Origin: Phoronis australis
Taxonomy: Eukaryota > Animalia > Phoronida
Length of the DNA: 64,000 bases
Assembly (NCBI GenBank): GCA_002633005.1
Contig: NMRA01000370.1
Span: 382,470 to 446,469, forward strand
Reading direction: 5' to 3'
The notes beneath the pieces were generated by a model that worked only from the letters and a program-made list of their open reading frames with translations, did not search any database and was not told the origin of the DNA. The position numbers and the translations under genes are program-made. Of the stretch, positions 1-51,645 are shown one piece after another (the stretch's first letter is position 1; each line of letters begins with the position of its first letter).

Positions 1-208
1 TTTTCCTAATTGTACTTGATGTACACACAGTTCTCCAAGAAGTCACAAGGTGGCGCGTTTTACAAATTTAAAAATCCACAGTTTCAATGAGACACAGCAT
101 CTTGAACTGATTGAGAATGGGTTTCCGGAGACTATCCCAAACAGAAGTATAGCCAACCATGTCACATGATCACACTTCTCTTCATATTCGGATGGACCAG
201 GTAATAAT

Positions 209-620
209 CAGGGCTTGGAATGACCAACGACAAAAAACGCGGAAACTTTGAAACTTTTATGGCCCAAGTCATGCCTGATAACCAGCCTTGAATTGGTCAA
301 TGTGAACCTTTCCCCGACAAAAATCGCAGAGCGGTAGTATTTGTCGCCGCGCTTAACAATAACACGAGACGCCATTGAAAATCCCACCACGCTGTCCCAG
401 ATGCCCCGGCAATGTTGACAATTTACGTTCCTCCGAAACATAAAGAGCAACTTCCGCTTTTCGAGGTGAACGTCGTCTGCAACGCCGCGGTAAGAAAGGA
501 ATTTGCCGTGGAAATTTTATATCAAATCCGATTTTTTTACCCAGAAATATTATAAAAAAAGCGGAAACCACATTTGAAAAAAGCGGAAATCCGCGTTTCC
601 GCAGAAAATTCCAAGCCCTG
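209..620. mobile_element. hAT-like MITE with 6-bp TSD
   Basis: TIR cagggcttggaat / attccaagccctg; aataat duplicated at 203-208 and 621-626; partial second copy at 22870-23058. Confidence 0.8.
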
Positions 621-2471
621 AATAATACACATGCCGTCACTCTGGTCCAAAACGTCATGACATCGGAATGACATGCTAAACATTCCTATCGCGTGACTTT
701 TACAAATTGTAACTGAAAAAATCCATACCAATGCACCAACTCTCCAAAACAAACGGGCCAGAAGCAATCATTCTTTTTTGTGATAATTCCAATTGCCTTC
801 TAGAAGAAATTGTACACTGCCTATCAGCGACCAAACTTTCAAAAGAGACCAGTCACAACCGGTCATTCTAGCTACCATGACGCATTCAGTCGTCAAGACA
901 GGGAATTCTGGGTCATTTTGTCAGATTATATTTGGCATGTACTGTACAGTAATTCTACACTTATTTTGCAAAAACATAATTTCCACAATAACCATTTTTC
1001 AATGGCTCATTACGTTTTTCCAAAAATGAGAACCTTTTAGTTGGCAAATGCTATTTTATGACTTATCTACATACTGCAAACCATACTTGTGATACACTAA
1101 ACTAAATATGTTCTCAATCTTTACTTTTGAGGAGATATTTAATAATACAGAATTTCACTTGTCATCCATACTCTGTGCTAAGCATGTGAAGAATTATCAT
1201 GTATTTGTTTAGTTTTTCAGTCATTCACAAGCATGTAACTTTGATGTTAAAAACAGAGTCCTTTCTTTACGACACTCACTTGGGTGAAAATGTTATGGAA
1301 ATTCTACAATTATCCCTAAATATAATTAATATAGTACTTACTACTTAGTATAGTGTATAAATATTAATAAATACAGTACATGAAGTAGGAAAGACACATG
1401 GACATCGACGAGCAAATTTTATCTAATCAAAAGAACGCTATCATATCTGCTCTCAGGAGTGAAAATGTTACAATTCTGGCCAATCACAGGCAATCATTAC
1501 GGGCACACACAGCCAAACCACCGATCACGTCGGTGGAATGTTGAAGGCAGATCTATCACCTGATTTAAGTTCGGATGACGAGAAATAAAATCAGACTTCT
1601 GACAAGCGTTCCCATGTGAATTTTTCAGACAGCTTTCTGTTTGGACGGCATGCAAAAGTAGCAACAAAAGAGGTGCTGAGACAACACATACCAAACATCT
1701 GAATTATTCCCGGCCATCCTTGTGTTAAAAAGGTGCCTAGATCCTCTTAACTTTTCAAACCTAACAAGGCACATCACAGAGTCCAGCTTTTAAAAATCAC
1801 GATCACTATTCACTATTACTGTAGTTACTATTACATTAAAGTCCAACAGAGTTTATCATCACAACTCAAAGTGCTACTTAATAGAAAAAAAAACATTGAT
1901 CACAAAAATTAACTACACAACTGGAAGTATGAGTAATCAATCCTAATACAAATTCATTTTGAAGCAGAACGAATACTTTAAGTCTAACCCACCCGACTTA
2001 TGTATACAATATAGTTACAGCATTGTGGACATGACCCCAAGCACATGGCACAGTGCCAAGCCACATCCTCGCAGAAAAGGCAATCCTACATCAACATTCT
2101 AAAACTATGAACCTAGATATTAATAACAAAAATTACATAAAAATCTACTTCCATCCGACAACAGCATCAATCAAGGACAACAGCACATTGTTTCCATAGA
2201 TACGGGGGCAAGTAAAATACATCCAGAGAGATTTTCAGCAGCAAACTAACCCTTGAAGACTAACAGCTTTTCCTGTTAAGGATACAGTATTCTACAAAAA
2301 CAGAAAACCGACCAATTGTGCATTTCACATTATATTATCAAAATAATTTCTAAGCACCTTTAATAAAGTTTTACTGCACCTGCATTGCATTATGGACAAA
2401 ACAGTAGTGCCTGTTGTAAAAGAAAAAATCTGAGGTCTCTTTCATAAAAAGTGACTTTAGACACACGTCAG

Positions 2472-2900
2472 TAATTAACCTATCGCAAGCTCCGCCCCCT
2501 AGCATAATGTCAACAAACAAACAATAAGTTTTACCCGGCAACGCGTTGTTTGTCGGGTAAAATGGCAGCTTGGAAATGAAGGTGTGTCAAGAATGCTGCC
2601 TTCTGATTGGTCAGTTAAGCCGTCATTCATAATCCTGGCGATAGGTCAATTTTGATTTACTCTTTTACTACAACTCCACAATAACTGGATAACGAGTTTT
2701 TGCCTTGTTAGTTTTTGGCACATCACAGTTTAGAATAACTTATGAAAATTATCCAATCACCTAGCAATTGACCTATCGCCAGGATTTTGAGTGACAACTT
2801 AACTGACCAATTAAGACACACATTCGTTTCCAAGCTGAAATTTAACACGCTGCCGGGTAAAACTTATTGTTTGTTTGTCGACTTACGATAGGTCAATTAC
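2472..2900. mobile_element. Two short MITE-like units in inverted arrangement
   Basis: Each unit bounded by aatt(g/a)acctatcg ... cgataggtcaatt; units ~2472-2652 and ~2767-2900 are reverse-complement similar. Confidence 0.6.
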
Positions 2901-3293
2901 AGGCGTCCTTTCGAGAGACCCTGACTGCTTCTTCTGAGGTGAGGTAAAATTATTTTTCACAAATAATTGTACGGAGCATCGGATAAAATTTCTGAATCCC
3001 TTTTAAGTCACTTTTCATGGCACAGACCCCAGCACCTAAATTCGTCATTAGCCCCACTAACTGAAAGCTTTAAGCAAATAACTATACAATATTTTTAATC
3101 AACATGTTGCTGTCTCTCTTGGGTGTTACAAAAAATTAGACAAAAGTCAAATAAAAGTCTAAAGAAAGTCTAACTTTGGTTATATCTTCCTCTCATTTTT
3201 CTCCCTTACGCAAAAAAATGATACTACAAGAGAAATCGGTTGTTCCTGAAAACATGGTTCAATAAACCCTTTTTATTAATTATCTCCCCTACA

Positions 3294-15747
<12,454 letters not shown>

Positions 15748-16677
15748 CTGAAAGATTAAAGCATAAACTACAGGGCATGGCCTAATACAACCTAACGCTA
15801 AAGCACTGGTCAGCTGCTACGAATTATCTACTACAAAACAGCAAAAAATATAACTGTGCCTGGAATGTCTGAACACAGGCCCATCGATGGATCTTCAGAA
15901 ACGACCTTTCTTAAAAAACGTCAATTGAAACCGAATGTACGCCAGGGCGTATTTTCGGAATTTGTGTCAAACATGCCATGGTGCAATTTTTGTTAAACAA
16001 ATATTAGTTGTGAAGATTTTTATGAAATAAATACGTCATTTTCAATGTATGTAGCTGTACCTCGCTAGTAAGAATTTTATTCCTCCATACACAATGCATT
16101 AAAATTGCCCTTCACACTGTGGTAACAGAACTATTCATTAGATTTTCATAACATGCAAACAATTACGTCCATGGGCATTCTTTTGGAAAACTTTCTGAAA
16201 ATACGCACATGGGTGTATTTTGAGTGCACCTATTTTCAGAAATTCCGAATACTAAACAAAAGCAACAATCAAAGACTCAATGCATCTGAAATTGTTTGAC
16301 ACAGGAGAACTTAATGCGTAAGGTGAAATCAACAAAGTAAAAAAGTAAATGACGTCAAAAACACAAAAATTGGTCTTTTTATGAATCTCGGAGTAGCCAC
16401 AGTGAATGACAGAAAAAGGTCTTGTGCAAGGTAAGGAAATTGGACCATGGCTATAAGACCCACGACACTCATTATAAAAGCTTGTGTGATCACGTGTCTC
16501 ACTTGTAACGCATGCGATATCTCAAATCAAGGCATGGTATGCAGACTGGTGCAATTGCACGGTAAGTTACTAAGCCAGCGATGATTAGGAACGTATGTGA
16601 GATGTCACACAAGACGAACGAGCATGTGACAGTGAATGAAATAAAATGTAAAGTGACGAGCGACGAACAATAAATCC

Positions 16678-16951
16678 AGGAGGCAGTGAGGCCTAGTGGG
16701 TTGAGTGTTCACCTCCTGTTCTGAAGGCCCGGGTTCAATTCCCACTGGAACCCACTGCTAAACCCATGTGAGCCCATTGCACTGATCACCTGGGACTATT
16801 TTTATGCTTTACTAAATAGTATACAGTTATATGCAAGCTGAGGAGCTAGCAACCTGACTCAAGGGCTTAGGAGTGTGACCGAGTGGGACTCAAACCCACG
16901 ACCTCGAGTAAAGAAAGCGGGCACCTATCACACTTGGTCACACTGCCTCCT
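16678..16951. mobile_element. Two convergent tRNA-derived SINE-like heads
   Basis: Plus strand: A-box aggcctagtgg and B-box ggttcaattcc. Minus strand: tgaccaagtgtg and ggtttgagtcc. Both heads begin aggaggcagtg. Confidence 0.55.
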
Positions 16952-17149
16952 CTAATAAGCTGAAAGCGTACCAAGATATTTTGAGAATATCAAATATACT
17001 CAACACCTGTAAAGTCTATTATATCAGAATCCTGGTCAAATTCAATTTTTCGAAAAATATTTGCAGCTTTTGTATCGCTCCGTTGTCCAAAATGAAACTT
17101 TAAAATTTGGCTGTAATGAGGCGTTTCCATCGTTTAGCATGGATTAGTA

Positions 17150-18420
17150 CAAAGTTACCAAAGTCCAAGCCAGCATCACTCTGCGGAATACATCTGACCA
17201 GGCCATCAGGGGATGCAGTATCCAGTCACGCACCGGAAGGAAGTGGTCCACCACTTTAGCGATCAGTGAAGCAGAGAGTCGGCTGAGGCACAGGCAGTTA
17301 GTAGGAACAGCTTGCCAGGGTAGGCAAGGGCTGGGCTACAAGACCGGTAAGCCAACAAGGGAAAGATCTAAAGACCCAGGCAGAGACAGAATAATCAGGG
17401 AGGTCAGATCATCAGAGAACGAAGAAAGGTACCCCGAGCAGTCCAGATGGGCCAACAGGGAGCATGGACCAAGTGGGACAAAGTCTTACAAAGGAAAGTC
17501 AAGTGGGCTGATTTGTGGAAGATGTCTCCTCTGAAAGCCAAATTCCTCATTAGATCTGTTTACGATGTACTGCCGACTTCCTGCAACCTTGCTACTTGGG
17601 GCCTTGCTGACAACACAAGCTGTATTCAGTGTGGACGCAGATGTACGTTAGAGCACATCCTATCATCTTGCAGCGTGTCCTTGGCATCAGGAAGGTACAC
17701 TTACCGACACAACCAGGTACTCAAAGTTTTTGCAAGGGTGTTGGTCGACGAGGTGAAGAGCAAACCGAAGCCGAGAAGCCACCGCGTCGAATTCATCAAT
17801 TTCATAAGAAGTGGTGATGAGGCGAGTAAAAGGAAGACCCCTGCGCAGAAAGGTATCCTGCACACAGCCAACGACTGGAGAGTGTTGGCAGACCTTTCCG
17901 GTCATCAGTCATTCTTCCCTCAACACATTGTCCAGACGACCCGGCGCCCTGACTTGGTTATATACTCGGACAGTTCCCACCAGGTCATCTTAATTGAGCT
18001 CACTATCCCGTGGCAGAGTAGGGTGGAAGAGGCACACGAGCGAAAGAACTTGAAGTAAAAGCAGACCTTAGGAATGATTGTCATGTTAACGGCTAGAGAT
18101 GTTGGAGTTTTCCTGTGGAGGTCGGCTGCCGGGGTTTTCCAGCCAGTTCGATCATTACCATGGCGAGGTGTCTTGGCGTCTCAGTGTCGGGAAAGAAGGC
18201 TCTGCTACGCGACGCAGCCACTGAAGCTGAACAGGCATCTTGTTGGATTTGGATTAAATACCAACAGCAACACCACCAACAACCGTCAGACAGAGCCTGA
18301 TCAACTCTGTTGTCTCGCCTACTAGAGATGGTCTTGGTTTAGGGACGAAACCATTAAGGACAGTAGGAGACCAACTGAAGATGGCGGTTGAGCACTGTTC
18401 CATCAAGTGTTTAAAGTAAG
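17150..18420 (+). mobile_element. 5'-truncated non-LTR retrotransposon with restriction-like endonuclease (R2/HERO-like)
   Basis: GRKW...AESRLRHRQLVG...GLG; QQGAWTKW; CCHC CIQC...HILSSC; RYTYRHNQVL; RPDL...IELTIPW; EVGCRGF; frameshifts and stops. Confidence 0.9.
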
Positions 18421-19285
18421 TTCGACAGAGATATGTACGCTGAATTGATGAAGGTCCCTGCGAAACAACGCCTGAAGAAGGGTTCCATACCGTTGCTGTT
18501 GATTCCCGGCAGTGCCCCGTCGCCAGCCCCGAGAAGTGCATTTTTGAAGTGAGAAGCCTTGCGAGCTGTGGCCACTATAAACAGTGACTGGAAGCACTTC
18601 ATCTACTGTCACCCATGCCTCCGAATGTACCCAATAGCGTGCAATTCCAGGAACTAGCAGTGATTCCCCGTATGCTGTTGTCTCTAGCCCAGAGCCTGTA
18701 AGCAGCCCTGTAGCGATGTTGAGTAGTGGGAGTGAATACAGGCCCAGTTTGGCACCCAGTGAAAAGGACAGTTCGTCATCCAATGAACAGATCGGTGAGT
18801 CTAAGTTTGATAAGTTTATTGTGGATTTGTATTGGAGCTATTTAGAAGGTGCCACGTGTGTGACGAGGGAGTCGCACGGCGGGATGTAAGCAGTTTGGGT
18901 GCTCAAGTCACCATCCACTGGAAGTGTGTCGCGGGACACTCGGGTCAGTGGGACAGTTCTTCCTCTGTACGTGAGACGATAATGAGTACTTCTCGGTAGG
19001 CAGCAACAGCGTGGCATGTTGTCTGACTCGTAAACAAAAGCAAACGACGACCGAACTTATCACAACCGAGGTAGAACAATGACTGACTCGACTGCTCTCA
19101 TAGTCGGACTGTATGAAAAGAAATTGGCGCGAAATTCTTGCCTCCCAAAATGTCACTTCCGGAGTAGATGACGAGTAATTAATTAAATTACGAAAAGCTG
19201 TAAATAAGTGAAAAGTATGACTGTTATAATCAACGAACCCTATTTTTGCTGAAAATGACATGAAAAAGGTTGCCTTCGCCTTTAA
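18421..19285 (+). mobile_element. Kolobok element D, right half (THAP C-terminus, transposase N-terminal relic, long inverted terminus)
   Basis: FDRDMYAELM...RLKKGSIP (THAP end); KFIV..LELFRRCHVC and GAQVTIHWKCVAGHSGQWDSS resemble Kolobok transposase motifs; terminus ggttgccttcgcct-TTAA. Confidence 0.75.
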
Positions 19286-19623
19286 TGCATGAGGGCGTAC
19301 AAACTAATGAATACACAGAAGTGTCTAGAGTTCATGTCTTAGCTCATTTCGGTGCCTGTGAACGTGAGACAGTGGTTCAGATACCATAGTTACTCTTCTA
19401 ATTTGTCACTTTAATGTTGTATAAGAAGAATTGTTAAAAAATAGCAACTCATGTATATAGCATGCACGACACAAGAGGAGGCTCAGCACAGGCAGTCCTA
19501 CCGTAACACATTACCTAGGTGTGCACATGCACAGTGCTATTTGGGATTCTAATTGGGGCAAGTGATTTTTTTGTTCGGGCAAGTAAAAGTTTCAATTACT
19601 TAAAAAGTTAATGTTGAGCCCTG
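19286..19623. mobile_element. hAT-like element C, right end
   Basis: Ends gttaatgttgagccctg, followed by tagag; matches left end cagggctcaacactaac at 61712, which is preceded by tagag. Confidence 0.75.
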
Positions 19624-19785
19624 TAGAGCAATTATCGAACAAAAGAGCGCAGGCTCTCCAACCATGAATGCCAGAATGGAGTTAATCAGTCGTGTAAGAT
19701 ATTGGCTATGGGGGGTTAACTTCCCAACTTATTGTTGGGCTATAGAATCGAACAAGTTGGGAGCAAACGGGATGTCGCTGTCATG

Positions 19786-20711
19786 TGAGCTCATGCTAAT
19801 TTAAGTGTTTGCTGGCAAAAACTGTTGTGAAACAACTCAGTTGATTTCCATCCCACGGCCTGGTGTTAGGGAGTCTTTATTTACATTTACATTATTAAAA
19901 TAATGATTGTCAGTGTACAACTTCTGCCCTGACGGTGCTGTGGCCAAAGCGGAACCTGTCAGCTGGGAATTCGTGGCCCTCGACGTGTAAGTAGATTTGC
20001 AGTTTCGTGGGTAATTCACCAGCATAATCACGTGCACATTACTTTGGCTCACTAGTATTTTCTTGGCTGAAAATTTAGTTTCCAACTTTCGCTGGTTTAT
20101 GTTCGTGATGTCTGATCAGTTTCCGAGCCACTGGCTGGCGGGATAACGAGCCAATCCACCGGCTGGCCGGCCGCTGGGACGGGCCTGATCGTGCTCCGAG
20201 CCACTGGCCAGGATAACAAGGGTTTTGTGTGTTTAGAACTCAAAGAATCACAAGTCTAAACAACACAGATCTAGGTTCTCCTGTCTGTATCTCATGGAAA
20301 ATACTTCGAATTTATCTCCGAACACACCCCAAACTTCTGCTACGGACCATATATTGGCCTGCCGAACTTTGTAGGCTACGGTGTGTCCAAATACCAACAA
20401 ATCCATAACAGCAAAATAAAACAACAACACGTTTTTATTAGAGCTCGGTGCATTTTTAAGGGTTTTACATTGAAGTTTGATGATTTATTGATGTTAAACG
20501 ATGAGTTCAAGCGATAAGCTGACACCAGTAACCCGTGTTGTGAACTGCTGAACAGACTGCGTGTGAAACCGATGACGTCATTGGATAATTTCAACACCTC
20601 CGTCTGCCATCAGGTGTCAGGTAACGCAACCGTACTTGGCTATATGGAGTAGAACTACTCGATCTAAATTGATACAAATTAGGTTGTTTTTTGGGTGGCA
20701 TGCTCCTTTAA
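19786..20711 (-). mobile_element. Kolobok family A, terminal arm
   Basis: Reverse-complement similar to 32958-~33845; terminus gggtggcatgctcct-TTAA. Confidence 0.8.
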
Positions 20712-20974
20712 TGATAGTATCAGATTTGGTACACTGTTGACTGGTTTTTAGAAGTTGTACTTTAGAGTTTCATTTAATCTTGTAGCTATAGTATCAGTTG
20801 TTGAAAATAAATAAGAATATGCTAGTAATAGTCTTATTTGTCTTCTAGCTGTTTCTAATTGTATTTTGACCTGTTTTGTGTCAGTTATGTTGCTGGCTAT
20901 GTCTTATCATTAATGTTTAACTTTCAATTAATATATTTAAGAAGCCATTTGTATACAGTATTTTTTCCTTTTAG

Positions 20975-47598
<26,624 letters not shown>

Positions 47599-48073
47599 AA
47601 TGGTCAAATGTTGCCTGCTTGCTAGAACTTAGCACTCAAGTACTACGTTTACACATCAGGTTGATTTGCAGAATGATCTACAAATAGCATGCTGATAACA
47701 TGCTAGTTAATATTACTTGAGTGATTCACTGGATGGTGACAGATCTCAGGGTGCAGGTTGCTAAGCAGCCAGCAGCCCCAAAGTTCTGAAGCCTTGGCTG
47801 GTGCATTTTTACTATCGGGATCCTCTGCAGTTATTTGGTAATGTGATATTGTCAAACTGATGAAATTTGTATGGTGAAAATACTTTGTACCTGAGTATGT
47901 GATATGGAGTCTGGGAGACGGCACATTTCATTGTGTTATGAATTGCCAGTAACACCCCTAAAGATTTATACCAGCTTTATAAGCACACAGTCATCTGCAT
48001 CACTGACAGCATCATGATTTTTCTCATTAATTTTATCAACATCGTCATCTAGCCTATTGATTGGAGTATCTTT

Positions 48074-48213
48074 TGTATTTCTGAATATGCTAAAATGTAT
48101 TTCTGAATATGCTAAAATGTATTTCTGAATATGCTAAAATGTATTTCTGAATATGCTAAAATGTATTTCTGAATATGCTAAAATGTATTTCTGAATATGC
48201 TAAAATGTATTTC
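48074..48213. repeat. 22-bp tandem repeat x6 in the probable IRE1 3' UTR
   Basis: tgtatttctgaatatgctaaaa. Confidence 0.9.
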
Positions 48214-50459
48214 ACTTTGCAATCTGTAGTAGATCGTGATCAAATTTTTTGTTGTACTAGGTTTTGAAAGGTTGAGGGTTTACGTTCATTTGTTGTCTCA
48301 TAAACTGTATCATAGATGACTTTATATCTGATAGTAACTTGGTTTATGTTTCAATAACATGCTGTGTTTGTGCCTATTGTGCATTGTATGGCCTACTTAA
48401 AATGTGGATTAAGTCACTTGCGTTGTTTGCATTTATTGTTTTTATGTTAAAATAGTGAGTTGTTCATACGGTTTAAAAATGAATCATCTTACAACAACTT
48501 TTTTATTTTCACTTTGCATTTAACATATCATCCTATGTGGTCAGAATTAAGATATACAGTTATGCATATAAAGTGGCCAAATTCAAACAAGAATGAATGA
48601 ACTTTATAATATAGATACTATCTGTATAACTAATCGAAACTGCTTTCCGTGGATGCTAGAATTTCATGAGTAAAGCATGTGTAGTCATATGCTTTGCTTG
48701 CAATGCATGGGGGTGAAGTCTTGCGAGATCTTAGACATACGTTTCGTAGGGTTTATCGTGTCATGGTACGCTGTCCAGAATTCCACTTGACTCATAGTAA
48801 AATTAGGAGTTGTGTGAAGTGTTGGCATTTAATGACTGGCTGTGTGTGGCTTGGAGTCACAATGACTAGGAAGTAATACACTGTCAATCTCATTTTAGAT
48901 TGTCTTTGAAAAGATTTTGGGATTTTTATAACATTTATTCTTTGACTAAAATAAAATACTGTGGAGCAAAATTCACCGAAGAATTTTAATCAGCAGTTCA
49001 CATGTTAGCTCCTTGTTTTATTAACACAAAATGATGGACATGGGCAGCTATAGCCCCCAGTTTTTTCAGTGCTGCGCCGCCCATGATGGAGTAGCTTAAA
49101 TTTAACTTGTGTGTTGAATAGTACACAGAATGAGTCTCATGGCAGTTTAATGAACAACAGGAGAATTCTTGCCGCACTAGTACACATTATTTTGAGCTTG
49201 GTTGGTAACTAGATTGAATAGTAGCTTAGAATTTTGCGGATGGTTGTAAGTCGTGGGTGACATGTTCTGACATCTGATTGGTTTGTGAGCTGAAAGTCAT
49301 CATCCATAACCAATAAAATGTTGAGGAAGCCCGCTGGAAAGGCATTCAAGTGTAGTCTATGTGAGATGGATAATCATTACATTCTTGGTGTTCAGTAAAA
49401 CTGATGTGTTCCAAAACTTTTGTAGCCAAAGTTATAGATTATTGAAAATGTTTCAGAATTGTTCATATTGTGAGAAATGAGTTTTTTTTTATTGGGAATT
49501 GACAGCATAATGAACAGACAGGTCTTACAGTTTTCTCTAGAATGCATCCACCCGGAAATTTTAACTCAAAAATGTTTGTGTCTCTCTCTGTTATGAATTC
49601 GTAGTTGTTAACGTTCGGTAGTGAAAAGATTGGGACATCTTGATCTTGGATGCCCAATTTCCATGTAAAATCTGGTAACAACATGCTTTTATTTATTAAT
49701 TGTACCTTTGCAATGGCAATGGAGGAGTTGTGTGGAAAAGCACAAAGGTAAATAGCGAAGTGTGTGATCACCATCAGATATGTTAGGATATTCTGATACT
49801 GTTGCAGGACATTCTGATACTGTTGTAGGACTTGGGATGAGGCTTCAAAAATTGAAACTTGTCAGCTTGATGCTGAATTAGATATATGGTACTAGGTATT
49901 ATTCAAGCTTGTGCTAAATTTACCTTATAAAGTCATCATTGTCATCAGTTTTCTACTTTGAACCATTTTGTGTTTGGTGAAAAGCTCATAACTTTGTGTT
50001 CAGAAGGCTTTTTTCTATTTGCAGACTTCTTCATAAAATGTTGCAGACTATTTTTTTAGAGTGAGCTGCCATTCATTTATTTCAAAACACAACACTGTTT
50101 TGCAAATTCTATTTCCCCTTGCTTGATGATTCATTTGTTGCCAGGGTATATGTTTTGTATTCCTTTGATGTGACTACGTCATGCACAGTCCCATACTGTT
50201 GTAGTTTGCTTTAAGTCATAACACAGAAGCTATTAGTCAATTGATATGGTTTATGAACTCGTGTATCTGCACACGTCATATTGTAAATTGTTGAACACAC
50301 TTCTCTTAAGAAGCTACACTACATCAAGTTATATGTACTATTCATGTTCATTTCATGAAACTGTCTTGAAAGGTATAAACATTTTAATTTGTAGAAGTCA
50401 TCTCAGTTGTATTGTGTATTTATTTATGGGATGAGGGTTTGTGCATTCTATTTAGTGTT

Positions 50460-51645
50460 TTGGATTAAAAATGCAATAAATACTGTATAAAGAAATCAAT
50501 CATTGTCTTTGTATTTTACAAAGAAATATACTATTCCATTGTGCACTACCTGAGTGACCAGATGCAGTATAATTAAGCTGACATTGCTCAGCTTGTGGTG
50601 GTCATTATGCACATGGTGGCTGCAATTGACTTCACAGGTTCTGCAGAGTCATGTGGCTTAAAGACATCTGATTGGTCTGTTGGTCGGACATTGTCATCGA
50701 AAACTAATCAGATATTTTAGCCGTTGACCCAACAGAAACAGCAAAATCAGACAAGTGTACCCAACATATTATTTCAAGTTGGCACTTCCTGTGACCGAGA
50801 GCCATACTGAACTATTTTTATTGACGTTGGAAGTGGCATGCATATTGCATTGAAATGTATTTGGATAATCATGCTGCCGGTAGAGAGCTTGGCATGCAAA
50901 AANACATGGTGAACAGAGACACCTGGTGGCTGCCAAAAGTATTGCTCACAGGCTACTTTAGTTTTTGACAATATTGGACAAGACAACTAGTTCTTGTCTG
51001 TCAATCATCTAAGTTCTTAACAGGTCCTCCTGGAGGCAATTTGTTTGCAAGTATTGGATTTTATATTTCAACCTATAAAAATAATTAAAAAATTATGGGT
51101 CATGGGTTGGAGAAATAAATGAAAAATATGGGCGGTGGGTACGAAATAAAAGTGCCTTCCCCCCCTCCCATACAGATTTTGCTGGAACAGCCCTTATTGC
51201 TTTGGATTAAAAATGCAATAAATACTGTAAAGAAATCAATCATTGTCTTTGTATTTTACAAAGAAATATACTATTCCACTGTGCACTACCTGAGTGACCA
51301 GATGCAGTATAATTAAGCTGACATTGCTCAGCTTGTGGTGGTCATTTTTTTATGCACATTGTGGCTGCAATTGACTTCACAGGTTCTGCAGTCATGTGGC
51401 TTAAAGACATCTGATTGGTCTGTTGGTCTGACATTGTCATCGAAAACTAATCAGATATTTTAGCCGTTGACCCAACAGAAACAGCAAAATTAGACAAGTG
51501 TACCCAACATATTATTTCAAGTTGGCACTTCCTGTGACCAAGAGCCATACTGAACTATTTTTATTGACGTTGGAAGTGGCATGCATATTGCATTGAAATG
51601 TATTTGGATAATCATGCTGCCGGTAGAGGGCTTGGCATGCAAAAA
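50460..51645. other. Haplotype-overlap duplication around the n at 50903
   Basis: 50460-50902 nearly identical to ~51200-51645; second copy preceded by a MITE end (ggaacagccctta). Confidence 0.75.

Noticed and set aside
16500-16570. ATG...cg|gtaagt as a candidate IRE1 first exon
   Set aside because: Wrong phase for the 20975 acceptor and no signal-peptide character.
18330-18400. Hammerhead in the LINE 3' UTR (cgaaac...ctgaaga)
   Set aside because: The stems needed for any hammerhead topology could not be formed; only a simple hairpin is evident.
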